Assembly (NCBI GenBank): GCA_963682135.1
Contig: OY821645.1
Span: forward strand, 2,432,001 to 2,496,000
Source: Methanothrix sp.
GTDB taxonomy: Archaea > Halobacteriota > Methanosarcinia > Methanotrichales > Methanotrichaceae
Reading direction: 5' to 3'
DNA length: 64,000 nucleotides
Shown here: positions 21,603-30,568 of the stretch, one piece after another
Layout: every line of letters begins with the position of its first letter
Numbering within the stretch: the stretch's first letter is position 1
The notes under the pieces: generated by a model
Told to the model about the DNA's origin: nothing
What the model saw: only the letters and a program-made list of their open reading frames with translations
Databases searched by the model: none
Position numbers and translations under genes: made by a program

Positions 21603-22763
21603 ATGATAATATTCTCCAAAGCCCTGGCGGATCAGGCCACTGTTTGGGAAGCACTGCGCGCCTCTGAGTCGTGCCAGAATCTGCCGCCTGATTTGCTGCG
21701 GTTCTCGGCCCAGTCAAAACCTGTGGTGATGTGGAATTTGACAGCGCACTGCAATCTGGCCTGCCGGCATTGCTACATGGATGCCAGCCGCGAGGCCCGG
21801 GAGGAGATGTCTCTGGAAGAGGGCATACATCTGGTGGATGAACTGGCGGATATGAAGGTGCCCATCCTTATCTTTACCGGAGGAGAGCCCCTTCTCAGTC
21901 GCAATTTCTACGCCCTGGCCTTCCATGCCCGTGAGGTGGGGCTACGCACTGTCATCTCCACCAATGGAACCTTGATCACCCCGGAGGTGGCCAGGCTCCT
22001 GGCGGAGGCCAAGATCAGATACGTGGGAGTGAGCCTGGACGCGGCTAAGCCGGAGCAGCACGATGCCTTTCGGGGCGTGGCAGGAGCGCATGCCCGGGCC
22101 TTGCAGGGCATCAAAAACGCCCGCGATGCCGGACTGAAGACCGGGCTACGCATCACACTCACACGCGACAACTGGCAGGATGTTCCTGCTCTGCTCAGTC
22201 TGGCATTGCAGGAGGGTATCCCCAGATTCTGTCTTTATCACCTTGTCCCAACGGGCCGGGGAGCGGGCATGGCCGACAGGGACGTCACGCCCGAACAAAG
22301 ACGCAGCGTTATCCGTCTGCTGGCTGAGGCGGCAGAGGAGCTGAAAGGCGAAAACATCGAGATTCTGACCACTGACTCGCCTATGGATGGGGCCTATTTG
22401 CTGGAACTCTTAAAGGATGATCCCCGCAGCGAGAACGTGAGAAAGCTGCTCACCAATGCCGGAGGCTGCTCCACGGGAGTAAAGGTTGCCAATATCAATC
22501 AGCGAGGTGATGTGCATCCCTGTCATTTCATGCCTCAGGTGGTGGTGGGCAATGTGCGGGAGCGTACCTTCCGGGATATCTGGATAGATCATCCAACACC
22601 CGAGCTGCAGGGGCTGCGGGATATCAAGTCCAGACTCAAAGGCGCCTGTGGAAGTTGCCAGTACCTGGATTTGTGCGGAGGATGCCGCCAGAAGGCTTAC
22701 CACTATCATGGAGACATATTGGCCGAGGATCCTACCTGCATTCTGGAGCAGAAGAGCCTCTGA
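21603..22763 (+). CDS. ahbC: Radical SAM/SPASM enzyme of the alternative heme (Ahb) pathway, AhbC-like
   Basis: PVVMWNLTAHCNLACRHCY, RFCLYHLVPTGRG, SPASM CxxC..CGGCR; located in the hem cluster. Confidence 0.75.
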   Translation: MIIFSKALADQATVWEALRASESCQNLPPDLLRFSAQSKPVVMWNLTAHCNLACRHCYMDASREAREEMSLEEGIHLVDELADMKVPILIFTGGEPLLSRNFYALAFHAREVGLRTVISTNGTLITPEVARLLAEAKIRYVGVSLDAAKPEQHDAFRGVAGAHARALQGIKNARDAGLKTGLRITLTRDNWQDVPALLSLALQEGIPRFCLYHLVPTGRGAGMADRDVTPEQRRSVIRLLAEAAEELKGENIEILTTDSPMDGAYLLELLKDDPRSENVRKLLTNAGGCSTGVKVANINQRGDVHPCHFMPQVVVGNVRERTFRDIWIDHPTPELQGLRDIKSRLKGACGSCQYLDLCGGCRQKAYHYHGDILAEDPTCILEQKSL

Positions 22764-22840
22764 TCAATTTCTATTTTTTTTCTATCGTTAACCGTAAGTT
22801 ATAATTATGATCAGCAGTTATAATAAATGGGGGCTGTAAA

Positions 22841-22960
22841 TTGACGCACCATGAAGAAAAGAAACCGAAGAAGGATGAGCCAGAAGCGAAGGTAGATCCA
22901 ATCAAGCTCGGTGATAAGAGGGGCGGAAAGAAGAAGGGCCTGCTCGATACATGCGAATAA
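22841..22960 (+). CDS. Putative 39-aa small basic protein
   Basis: TTG start, MTHHEEKKPKKDEPEAKVDPIKLGDKRGGKKKGLLDTCE*; preceded by TATA-like TTATAA tracts and GGGG, followed by a T-tract. Confidence 0.45.
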   Translation: MTHHEEKKPKKDEPEAKVDPIKLGDKRGGKKKGLLDTCE

Positions 22961-23029
22961 ACGATTTTACGCCAGTATAATTTTTTGCTTTCTCGTGAAT
23001 CTCTAAGATATTATCAATAAAAATTGTTT

Positions 23030-23296
23030 TTACGCCTCTATTTCGTCGACCTGCTTATGTGCATTAGGTAGAAAGTCATGAACGCTATCATTTCCTCTTA
23101 TATTTTCCACATCATATCCGGTTTCTATTGGAACCTTCGATTTCTTAATCCATCTCACGTTCGTTCGTTCGTACGTTTCTCCGGTCGAATAACACCTGAC
23201 CATTGGTGCGCCAATAAATTCTACCCGCAAGCCGCATAACGGGCAAATGGCTATCTCAGCTTCTCCCTTTTCATTCTTGCATTCTGTATTAAACAA
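23030..23296 (-). CDS. Small hypothetical protein with a CPLC motif
   Basis: ORF with AAGGAG upstream of TTG; Cys-containing, possible Zn ribbon. Confidence 0.45.
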   Translation of the reverse strand: MFNTECKNEKGEAEIAICPLCGLRVEFIGAPMVRCYSTGETYERTNVRWIKKSKVPIETGYDVENIRGNDSVHDFLPNAHKQVDEIEA

Positions 23297-23647
23297 GTTT
23301 TATTCTCCTTGACGTACTTTTCGTGTGGTGTTTCTAATGAGATACTTCAAAGCAGAAATCACCCAAAGATTTGATCACAATGCATATTCTGCATATTTTC
23401 TATTTAAGTTTGTTTATGAAAGATTCATAACTTTTCATAACGATCGTCTGTCATGGTTTTTTTATCAGCCTCAGCACGTAAGTATCTGATTATTTTTTCA
23501 TAATTTCGTCGTTGCTCGAAACAAGCTGCAACTTAGCTCGAATTGATTTAAAAACGATGACAATATACAAACCATTATAATGAATTTGTGAAATTTAGTA
23601 TACGTGCTACAAATACTGATAAACTGAAATACTAGCGAATAATTCAT

Positions 23648-24256
23648 ACAGATGGCCGCATATTTGTTGTAGGCGATAAGCCCAGGCGAAAAAGCCGCAA
23701 GCGTGCCGATTACCTGCTTTGCTTTACACGTGATTTCAAGATCGCCGTTGTCGAAGCTAAAGCAAAATACAAGAGCCCAAGCGAAGGGCTGCAGCAAGCC
23801 AAAGAGTATGCACTGATGCTGGGGCTGAAATTCGCCTATGCCACCAACGGAGAAGGTATCGTCGAATTCGACTTCACCACTGGAAAGGAATGTTTTAGGG
23901 AAGCATTTCCTTCCCCGCAGGAGCTGTGGTCGCGATATTGCCGGGCATCAAAAATTGAGGACGAGCAGACCAAAGGACGAATTCTATCCCCCTACTACCA
24001 CTCGCCGGGAAAGGCTGCTCGCTACTACCAGGAGATTGCTATCAATCGATCGATTGAGGCCATACTGCAGGGCAAAAAGCGCGTTCTTCTGACCATGGCC
24101 ACGGGAACCGGCAAGACCTTCGTGGCCTTCCAGATCTGCTGGAAGCTTTGGGAGTCCGGCTGGAATGCGCGGGCCGAGAAGCGACGCCCTAGAATTCTCT
24201 ATCTGGCAGACAGGAATATTCTCATCGATGATCCCAAGGACAAGACTTTCACGCCC
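23648..24256 (+). pseudogene. hsdR: Type I restriction subunit HsdR (EcoAI/EcoEI-like) remnant, truncated at both ends
   Basis: TDGRI..RADYLL..AVVEAK..GLQQAKEYA nuclease motif, RYYQEIAI, MATGTGKT Walker A, LYLADRN; no start codon; breaks off at DDPKDKTFTP. Confidence 0.9.
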
Positions 24257-24342
24257 TCAAGCGCCAACATGGCAAGACCGCCGCCGCCCTGGATGCGCTC
24301 CTGCCAGCTGTGCTGGAGAGGGCCTTTCGGGGCGAGCTCTAG
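24251..24342 (+). repeat. hsdS 3'-end repeat, copy A1
   Basis: Encodes ALKRQHGKTAAALDALLPAVLERAFRGEL*; near-identical to 24637-24732 and 26605-26697. Confidence 0.93.
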
Positions 24343-24364
24343 GCCAAGATGCGGATATATAACC

Positions 24365-24634
24365 ATGAGGACTGAAATATCCATGATGAGTGAAGATGCC
24401 AGCATCGTCATCACAGTCGATGACATAAAGACATTTGAAAGGCTAAAGCTCATCTCACAGATGGCTCCTGTCAAAGAAATAATCAACTCCTTTAAGAGGA
24501 AGTACGGCTGCGGCCTCAAAGCATTCGAGGATCGAATAGCACGCCTTCCGGAGGACTTCGAGCGCTGGGACGATTTTATTGAGTGGAAGGCCTATGCAGA
24601 CAGCTTGAGAGATCTTGAAAAGAGAGAAATATAA
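24365..24634 (+). CDS. Small antitoxin-like protein (cassette A-1), possibly 3'-truncated
   Basis: ATG 24365 in the frame of the chimeric 23816 ORF; FKRKYG..FE..EDFERWDDFIEWKA motif typical of small archaeal TA partner proteins. Confidence 0.6.
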   Translation: MRTEISMMSEDASIVITVDDIKTFERLKLISQMAPVKEIINSFKRKYGCGLKAFEDRIARLPEDFERWDDFIEWKAYADSLRDLEKREI

Positions 24635-24636
24635 GG

Positions 24637-24732
24637 CTCGACGCCCTCAAGCGCCACCAGGCACAGACCGCCGCCGAGCTGGACGCGCTCCTTCCGGCTG
24701 TACTGGAGAGGGCCTTTCGGGGCGAGCTTTGA
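24637..24732 (+). repeat. hsdS 3'-end repeat, copy A2
   Basis: Encodes LDALKRHQAQTAAELDALLPAVLERAFRGEL*. Confidence 0.93.
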
Positions 24733-24779
24733 GGAAAAAGCTTACATCTTGCATTTGATGATACTATTACGAGGATCTC

Positions 24780-26078
24780 ATGGTTGAAGGAATCACGCGC
24801 ATCTCTGTGAAGGGTTTTAAGTCCCTGGCTGAAGAATGCTCCCTTGAAATTCGCCCTCTGACGATATTGGCAGGTGCTAACAGCTCAGGTAAGTCGAGCA
24901 TAATGCAGCCGCTCTTGATGATGAAGCAGACTCTGGAAGCGAGTTACGATCCAGGCCCGCTCTTGCTTGACGGTCCCAATGTTCGCTTCACATCAGCAGA
25001 TCAGTTTCTTTCTCGATCGGGTGGCCAAAACCAGGGGCAATTTAGCGTGGGGCTTGAGATCGATGGCGCGATTTCATTTTACGAAACCTTCATTCGCAAG
25101 GCGCAAGAAGGAATGGAGATCGCTGAAATATCATATAAAGTTAATAGCAAGACCACCATCCTACGGCCTGAAATGACACGAGACGTGATTATATCTCATC
25201 AACAGGAGAGAGGATTGCCTAAAGATTATCAAAATAAAAAGTCAGAGTTTCTTAGGGGCTCTCTTAAAATAGAACGGGATAGATGCTTTTTGGAGCAAAA
25301 ATTGAGAGGAGATATAGTATTAAGTTTTCGTGATTGTAATTTAAGATTAAATTTTTTTGGGTCGATTTTAAGTCTCGTTCATTTGCCCGCACTGCGAGGC
25401 AACCCCGAAAGAAACTATAAAAGGACCTCTGTTGGCCCCAGGTTTCCAGGAACCTTTGAGATTTATGCCGCCAGTATAATTCACAACTGGCAATCAACCA
25501 AAGATCCACGACTCAATTATATGGGAGCTGCCCTTGAATTACTGGGTTTGACCTGGAAGGTCGGCTCAAGACAGGTCGATGATGTGAGTTTTGAGGTGAT
25601 GGTCGGCCGTCTCATTCATCAAGAAGGAAAAGATACCAATGATTTAGTTAGCATTGCAGATGTTGGATTTGGTGTATCCCAAACCTTGCCGATTCTTGTC
25701 GCACTTCTTGCAGCAGAGCCTGGCCAGATGGTCTACATCGAACAGCCCGAGATTCACCTGCACCCGCGCGCCCAGATGGCAATGGCTCAGATCCTGGCGG
25801 AGGCTGCTAACCGGGGCGTCCGAGTCGTGGCGGAAACACATAGTTCCCTATTGCTCCTGGGCGTTCAATCTCTTGTAGCCGAAGGCAAGCTCTCTCCAGA
25901 TAAGGTCAAGCTTCATTGGTTTAAGAGAAGGCCGGAGGACGGCATTACAGAAGTCTCCAGCGCTGACTTAGACAAAGCAGGTGCCTTTGGCGATTGGCCG
26001 GAGGATTTCTCCTCGGCGGAGATGGACGCAGATACTCGTTATATTCATGCCGCGGAAACGAGACTGGAGTCCAATTGA
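24780..26078 (+). CDS. ABC-type AAA ATPase (AAA_15/AAA_21, DUF3696-like C-terminus), defence-associated (cassette A-2)
   Basis: Walker A GANSSGKS, GFGVSQTLP signature, IEQPEIHLHP, ETHS, C-terminal WPEDF. Confidence 0.88.
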   Translation: MVEGITRISVKGFKSLAEECSLEIRPLTILAGANSSGKSSIMQPLLMMKQTLEASYDPGPLLLDGPNVRFTSADQFLSRSGGQNQGQFSVGLEIDGAISFYETFIRKAQEGMEIAEISYKVNSKTTILRPEMTRDVIISHQQERGLPKDYQNKKSEFLRGSLKIERDRCFLEQKLRGDIVLSFRDCNLRLNFFGSILSLVHLPALRGNPERNYKRTSVGPRFPGTFEIYAASIIHNWQSTKDPRLNYMGAALELLGLTWKVGSRQVDDVSFEVMVGRLIHQEGKDTNDLVSIADVGFGVSQTLPILVALLAAEPGQMVYIEQPEIHLHPRAQMAMAQILAEAANRGVRVVAETHSSLLLLGVQSLVAEGKLSPDKVKLHWFKRRPEDGITEVSSADLDKAGAFGDWPEDFSSAEMDADTRYIHAAETRLESN

Positions 26079-26602
26079 TGTCATCTGGGGATTCAAAGCG
26101 GTTGGTCATTGACGCCTCCGTTGCTACATCTACTGGCGAGAGAGGTGTGCGGGGAGAACGGTGCCAGGCCTTCCTGAGGATTATGATTGATGATACATAC
26201 CATCGCTTGGTGATGACGCGAGAGATCGGTGCTGAATGGGATATACATTCTCATCCCTTTGCTCGCCGCTGGCGAAGAAGCATGAATGCCAAGAGAAGAG
26301 TCGATCGGCCAAATGTCGATCATGATGACGTATTTTGCCTGAAGATTGAAAGAGCAAGTCAAACTGAAAAGGCACTTTGCGCTATGAAGAAGGATCTTCA
26401 TCTCATACAAGCTGCAAAAACAACAGACAAACGTGTTATTTCTCTGGACGATACTGCCAGAAACTATTTTTCTGAAGTCTCAATCCAGGTGGGCGAGCTG
26501 AGGGACATTCTGTGGGTAAATCCTGTTAATGATGACGAGACGCCGACAAAATGGTTGACGGACGGGGCTCCGAACGAGGAGCAACGACGACTTGGCACAT
26601 GA
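26078..26602 (+). CDS. PIN-like protein translationally coupled to the ATPase (cassette A-2)
   Basis: TGATG overlap; LVIDASV N-terminus, KDLHLIQAA..VISLDD acidic PIN-type pattern. Confidence 0.65.
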   Translation: MSSGDSKRLVIDASVATSTGERGVRGERCQAFLRIMIDDTYHRLVMTREIGAEWDIHSHPFARRWRRSMNAKRRVDRPNVDHDDVFCLKIERASQTEKALCAMKKDLHLIQAAKTTDKRVISLDDTARNYFSEVSIQVGELRDILWVNPVNDDETPTKWLTDGAPNEEQRRLGT

Positions 26603-26604
26603 CC

Positions 26605-26697
26605 GACGCTCTCAAGCGCCACCAGTCCGAGACCGCCGCCGCCCTGGATGCGCTCCTGCCGGCTGTGCTGGAGAGGGCCTTTCGGGGCGAGCTTTGA
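26605..26697 (+). repeat. hsdS 3'-end repeat, copy A3
   Basis: Encodes DALKRHQSETAAALDALLPAVLERAFRGEL*. Confidence 0.93.
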
Positions 26698-26803
26698 AGT
26701 AGCCGCTCGCATCATTTTGCATTTCCGGGATTACTCCGCAAGAAGAATACTTTCGCCCGGCACGCGGTGAGCTTTTATGGCATTAACTCACTTGTCCCTT
26801 TGA

Positions 26804-27346
26804 ATGTTAAAACAAATGCAGCGAGACGCCATTTTGCTCTCGCTGATGAATGAGATGAGAGCAAAAGGCAGTTGGTGCGGCGAGACTCACATCCAGAAAT
26901 CTGTGTATCTCCTGCAAGAACTGCTGGATGTACCAATGAATCTCGAGTTCATACTCTACAAGCATGGACCTTACTCATTCGATCTGGCCGATGCAGTCAC
27001 CGCCATGCGGGCGGATAACCTGCTTGAGTATAAATTGCGTCGTCCCTACGGGCCAAGCCTTATCCCTACAAAAACAGGCCAGAATTTCCTGAATCAGTAC
27101 CCTAAGACGCAGGAGAAATACGCCGAAAGAGCGCAATTTGTTGCCGAGAAGATCGGGAAGATAGGTGTTGCAGAGCTGGAGCGTCTGGCCACTGCCCTTT
27201 ACGTCACACTCAACGAGAAATGTGCAGGAAATTCACGAGCAATCTTGATTACGAAGCTGAAGCCTCATATCAAAATCGAAGAGGCCGAAAAAGCTCTGGA
27301 AAACGTTGATGCCATGATAAAAGAGGTTGCTGAAAAAGGATTGTGA
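26804..27346 (+). CDS. YwgA/SocA(Panacea)-like wHTH protein (cassette A-3)
   Basis: ETHIQKSVYLLQE..FILYKHGPYSFDL..ELERLAT pattern. Confidence 0.6.
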   Translation: MLKQMQRDAILLSLMNEMRAKGSWCGETHIQKSVYLLQELLDVPMNLEFILYKHGPYSFDLADAVTAMRADNLLEYKLRRPYGPSLIPTKTGQNFLNQYPKTQEKYAERAQFVAEKIGKIGVAELERLATALYVTLNEKCAGNSRAILITKLKPHIKIEEAEKALENVDAMIKEVAEKGL

Positions 27347-27360
27347 AGTGGGCTGCATAC

Positions 27361-27571
27361 ATGAATTTCATGGTTGTTCTTTAGGAAGCAGAAGATGGTG
27401 GCTACATAGTAAGCTGCCCGGCACTTCCCGGATGCCGCTCCCAGGGCGATAGCATTGGAAGAAGCCTTGGAGAACATCAAAGAGGTGATAGAAGGCTGCG
27501 TGCAGTCTCTGGCGGAAGAGCGAACGAGGCTGCTGGGCGCTCCTGGTAGAATCGTAGAAGTAGCAGTCTGA
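27361..27571 (+). pseudogene. hicB: HicB-family antitoxin pseudogene
   Basis: MNFMVVL*EAEDGGYIVSCPALPGCRSQGDS, then a frameshift, then EEALENIKEVIEG..; one internal TAG and one frameshift. Confidence 0.8.
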
Positions 27572-27772
27572 TTTCCGATGCTGAAAATGGCAGACGCTGA
27601 TTCCTCCGAGATTTATATTGACTACAGGCCGTATTTCTTTCGCGTCTCGCTCCATGCCTTCTCTCTTGCGGTTTCCAGCTCCATCAGGTCATCCTTGGTA
27701 AGGGAAAGCTCCTCCTTGCATCTCTGAAGGATCACAGATATATCCTATTGCTGCCATAACGTCACCTTAGTT

Positions 27773-28351
27773 ATGTATGCAATCATTGCTTGCGGCATCT
27801 TTGAAAAGGAGATCGAAGCTCTGCGCAGAGAGCTGGGATTTCCCTTTGAGGCCCACTATCTGGGAGCAGGCCTGCACGTAGACTTCGACGATCTCAAAGG
27901 AGCTCTGGTGGCAGAGCTGGAGAAGTGCCGGAAAAATGGAAATGAGGGCATGATAGTAGTATACGGCCAGTGCCACCCAAATATTGAAGAAATCTTAAGG
28001 CCCTACCATGCGTCGCTTGTAGCGTGCCAGAATTGTGTGGACGCCTTCATCACCCGCAAGGGAATGGAGACGAAGGCCAGGGATGGGCTCTTCTTCTACC
28101 TCTCTCCCGGCTGGCTGGATGCCTGGAAGGACATCTTCCGCCGCCTGAACTGGGACCAGGAGGCAGCCAGGATGCAGATGGGCTCATTTCGGGGATTTGT
28201 TTACCTCGACACTCTGAAAGATGCGCAAGAACGCGAGGAAGAGCTATTGGAATTCTTTGATTTCACTAACCTGCCCTTCGAGATTATGCCCGTAGATCTG
28301 GGCTACTTCAAATCCCTCATAGTCAAGGCCAAAGAAAGATTGGAGGATTGA
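27773..28351 (+). CDS. DUF1638-family protein
   Basis: IIACGIFEKE, GLHVD, YGQCHP, NCVDAF, YLSPGW. Confidence 0.75.
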   Translation: MYAIIACGIFEKEIEALRRELGFPFEAHYLGAGLHVDFDDLKGALVAELEKCRKNGNEGMIVVYGQCHPNIEEILRPYHASLVACQNCVDAFITRKGMETKARDGLFFYLSPGWLDAWKDIFRRLNWDQEAARMQMGSFRGFVYLDTLKDAQEREEELLEFFDFTNLPFEIMPVDLGYFKSLIVKAKERLED

Positions 28352-28761
28352 GCTTGGACGAGTTGGAAGAGATAAAGAGGAAGAAAATGGAGCAGATGAA
28401 AAAAGAGATGAGCGCACCCGCTAAACCGACCGTAGAGCTGCCTGATAAACCCGTCGTTGTCACTGACGCGACTATTGATGCAGCAGCCAGCCAGTATCCT
28501 ATCTTCATCCTGGACTGCTGGGCGGAGTGGTGCGGACCATGTCGCACCATCGGGCCGATTATCGAGCAACTCGCTAAGGAGATGAAGGGAAAGGTCGTCT
28601 TCGGCAAGCTGAACATCGATGAGAATATGCAAACCGCCAACAAGTACAGGATCTCGGCGATTCCTACTCTGATGGTCTTCAAGGATGGCAAACTCATCGA
28701 TAAGCTAGTGGGGGCCTATCCCAAGCCGGCATTGGCTGCAAAAATTCAAAGGTTCCTCTGA
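28348..28761 (+). CDS. trxA: Thioredoxin
   Basis: WAEWCGPC active site, IPTLMVFKDG. Confidence 0.95.
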   Translation: MSLDELEEIKRKKMEQMKKEMSAPAKPTVELPDKPVVVTDATIDAAASQYPIFILDCWAEWCGPCRTIGPIIEQLAKEMKGKVVFGKLNIDENMQTANKYRISAIPTLMVFKDGKLIDKLVGAYPKPALAAKIQRFL

Positions 28762-28831
28762 AAGGTCTGAGAGCTTTCCTTTCGAGGATCCTCTCTTCGA
28801 TTACCTTTATGGCATTTTTCTTCTTTTTCCA

Positions 28832-29422
28832 TCAAGGTATGCTATTTACAGTCTTGATATTGGGATAGCCGGAGATGCTGTAAACCGGTTTGGACGAAAT
28901 AGTGCCGGGTACTTCGTAAAGGGGCTTGGTTCTTGAGTATTGACTGATATTGTAAAGGGGCTTATAATTGTCGGTGTTATAGGTGAATTGAGATACATTT
29001 CCCAGGCGCGAGCTTACATCAAATGGGGCGCTTTGGGATGCACGAAATGGTATATTGTATGTGGATTTGTTGCCGTACACATCCAGATTGTTTACGGGCT
29101 TGGTCTTCTCGAAGCCTGCCCGAAGAACCTTGCTGTGAGTGGGGGCGTTTCCAGTACCCAATTGGGTGGCGGCGGGGGCGCTTTCTGGGCTATCATCTGC
29201 AGGCTTGGTTATTGTAGCATTGGGGGTAGCAGCCGGCACCAGGCTCTCAGTGAGATTCGTTGTCGCATTTAGCATGATGCTGGTCGTGGCGTTTTGTGTC
29301 CCGTTTTGCGTTGTGTTCGCGGTGGCATTCTGACTTTCTTCTGCAGTTGTGGCCGGCATTAAAAATACCAGCAGCGCTAGCATGCAGATAAGACTAACAA
29401 GGTTTTTTTGCATGGTATTCAT
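28832..29422 (-). CDS. Secreted Thr/Asn-rich hypothetical protein
   Basis: Signal peptide, many N-x-T/S sequons. Confidence 0.7.
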   Translation of the reverse strand: MNTMQKNLVSLICMLALLVFLMPATTAEESQNATANTTQNGTQNATTSIMLNATTNLTESLVPAATPNATITKPADDSPESAPAATQLGTGNAPTHSKVLRAGFEKTKPVNNLDVYGNKSTYNIPFRASQSAPFDVSSRLGNVSQFTYNTDNYKPLYNISQYSRTKPLYEVPGTISSKPVYSISGYPNIKTVNSIP

Positions 29423-30465
29423 CTCTTTCTCCTAAGAAATACAATCATGAGCATTGCTAATGCTGCAGCCCCAGCCGGAAAGCTTGCCTTCTTTGCCGTA
29501 TCTGTGGCATTGCTCCTCACCAGTGGCTTGGCTTCAATCACATTCTCCTCCAAATCCATAACTGCGCCGCCCTGGTCGAGTAAAACCGTGCGCAGCATAT
29601 AAATGCCCGGCTCGAGAGTCTTATTCCAGGTAATCTCTACCGTCTCATCGTCTCCCGTAAGAAGCACCGGCGTTGTCTTCTCGGTGGTATTGAGAACTTT
29701 GCCGTTTTGAGATAGAATAAAGCGCAAAGATCCTTCAAAGGGAACGCGAGAGTTGCCTATGACTGTAGCGCTGGCACCGGTCTCATCCTGGTAGGTCTCG
29801 GTGATCTTGGCATCATCCACAGCCAAAAAGGAGTTCATGAAAGACCTTGTTTGGTTGTGATTCAATTCAACGATCTTCACCCTGCCGGCATACTCATGTC
29901 CGCTTTCCAGGATCTGCTTCCAAGCATAGTCTTTGGTAATCGGCATTGCAAAGCTTCCTGAGATCGGTACCACCTGCTCTCGGGTGATATAAGCTGCCTT
30001 GTTCCCATCTATCAGCATGTAGTAAATATCCACGACGGTAGGATCACTGGCACTTATGGCAAGGTGCATGCCCCGAGAATCGGCCCGAAAATCGCGCACA
30101 TCAAACCTTATGGGCTCCACTCCACCGTAAAAGAAGTTGTAACATTTCCTGGAGACGGTTGTCCCGTTCTTTATTAAGAGCGCGCAGACATCATAGCTGC
30201 CTTTCTCGGCTAATAGCTTCGGCCAGCGAACGATCCAGGTACCTGCACCATCCAGCGACAGATTCCGGCTGGTGAGCAGCCTTCCATCATCGATCAGATC
30301 CAGCTGCAAAGCCATGCCGGCCACGTTTCCTTCCACCGTAACATCTGCGGATTCGATGTTGGAGTAGAGGTCTGCAATCTCCGAAGAATGGGCAGTGCCC
30401 GCCATTGCCAGTAGGACTGCCAGGGCCACCAGGACCGCTAAATGCCAAACCGCGCTTTTTCTCAT
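29419..30465 (-). CDS. Cell-surface protein with C-terminal membrane anchor (archaeosortase-like tail)
   Basis: Signal peptide; C-terminal SFPAG, hydrophobic segment, then RRKR. Confidence 0.75.
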   Translation of the reverse strand: MRKSAVWHLAVLVALAVLLAMAGTAHSSEIADLYSNIESADVTVEGNVAGMALQLDLIDDGRLLTSRNLSLDGAGTWIVRWPKLLAEKGSYDVCALLIKNGTTVSRKCYNFFYGGVEPIRFDVRDFRADSRGMHLAISASDPTVVDIYYMLIDGNKAAYITREQVVPISGSFAMPITKDYAWKQILESGHEYAGRVKIVELNHNQTRSFMNSFLAVDDAKITETYQDETGASATVIGNSRVPFEGSLRFILSQNGKVLNTTEKTTPVLLTGDDETVEITWNKTLEPGIYMLRTVLLDQGGAVMDLEENVIEAKPLVRSNATDTAKKASFPAGAAALAMLMIVFLRRKR

Positions 30466-30568
30466 AAGGTTACCTTACCTGCCAGCAATTGCCATTGTTG
30501 CCATTGTAGTCATTTTATTCTGTTTTATCCTAATAGGTTTAAAACTAACGTGTCGAAAAAAAAGGAAC

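Noticed and set aside
90-22709. Many long antisense ORFs opposite ribosomal and hem genes
   Set aside because: Shadow ORFs of well-supported genes, with no recognisable motifs.
23816-24634. 272-aa ORF as a real novel fusion protein
   Set aside because: It consists of an hsdR fragment, an out-of-frame hsdS tail and a separate small gene that happen to share a frame.
27382-27384. In-frame TAG in hicB as pyrrolysine read-through
   Set aside because: The gene also has a frameshift, so decay is the simpler explanation, and no pyl genes are in view.
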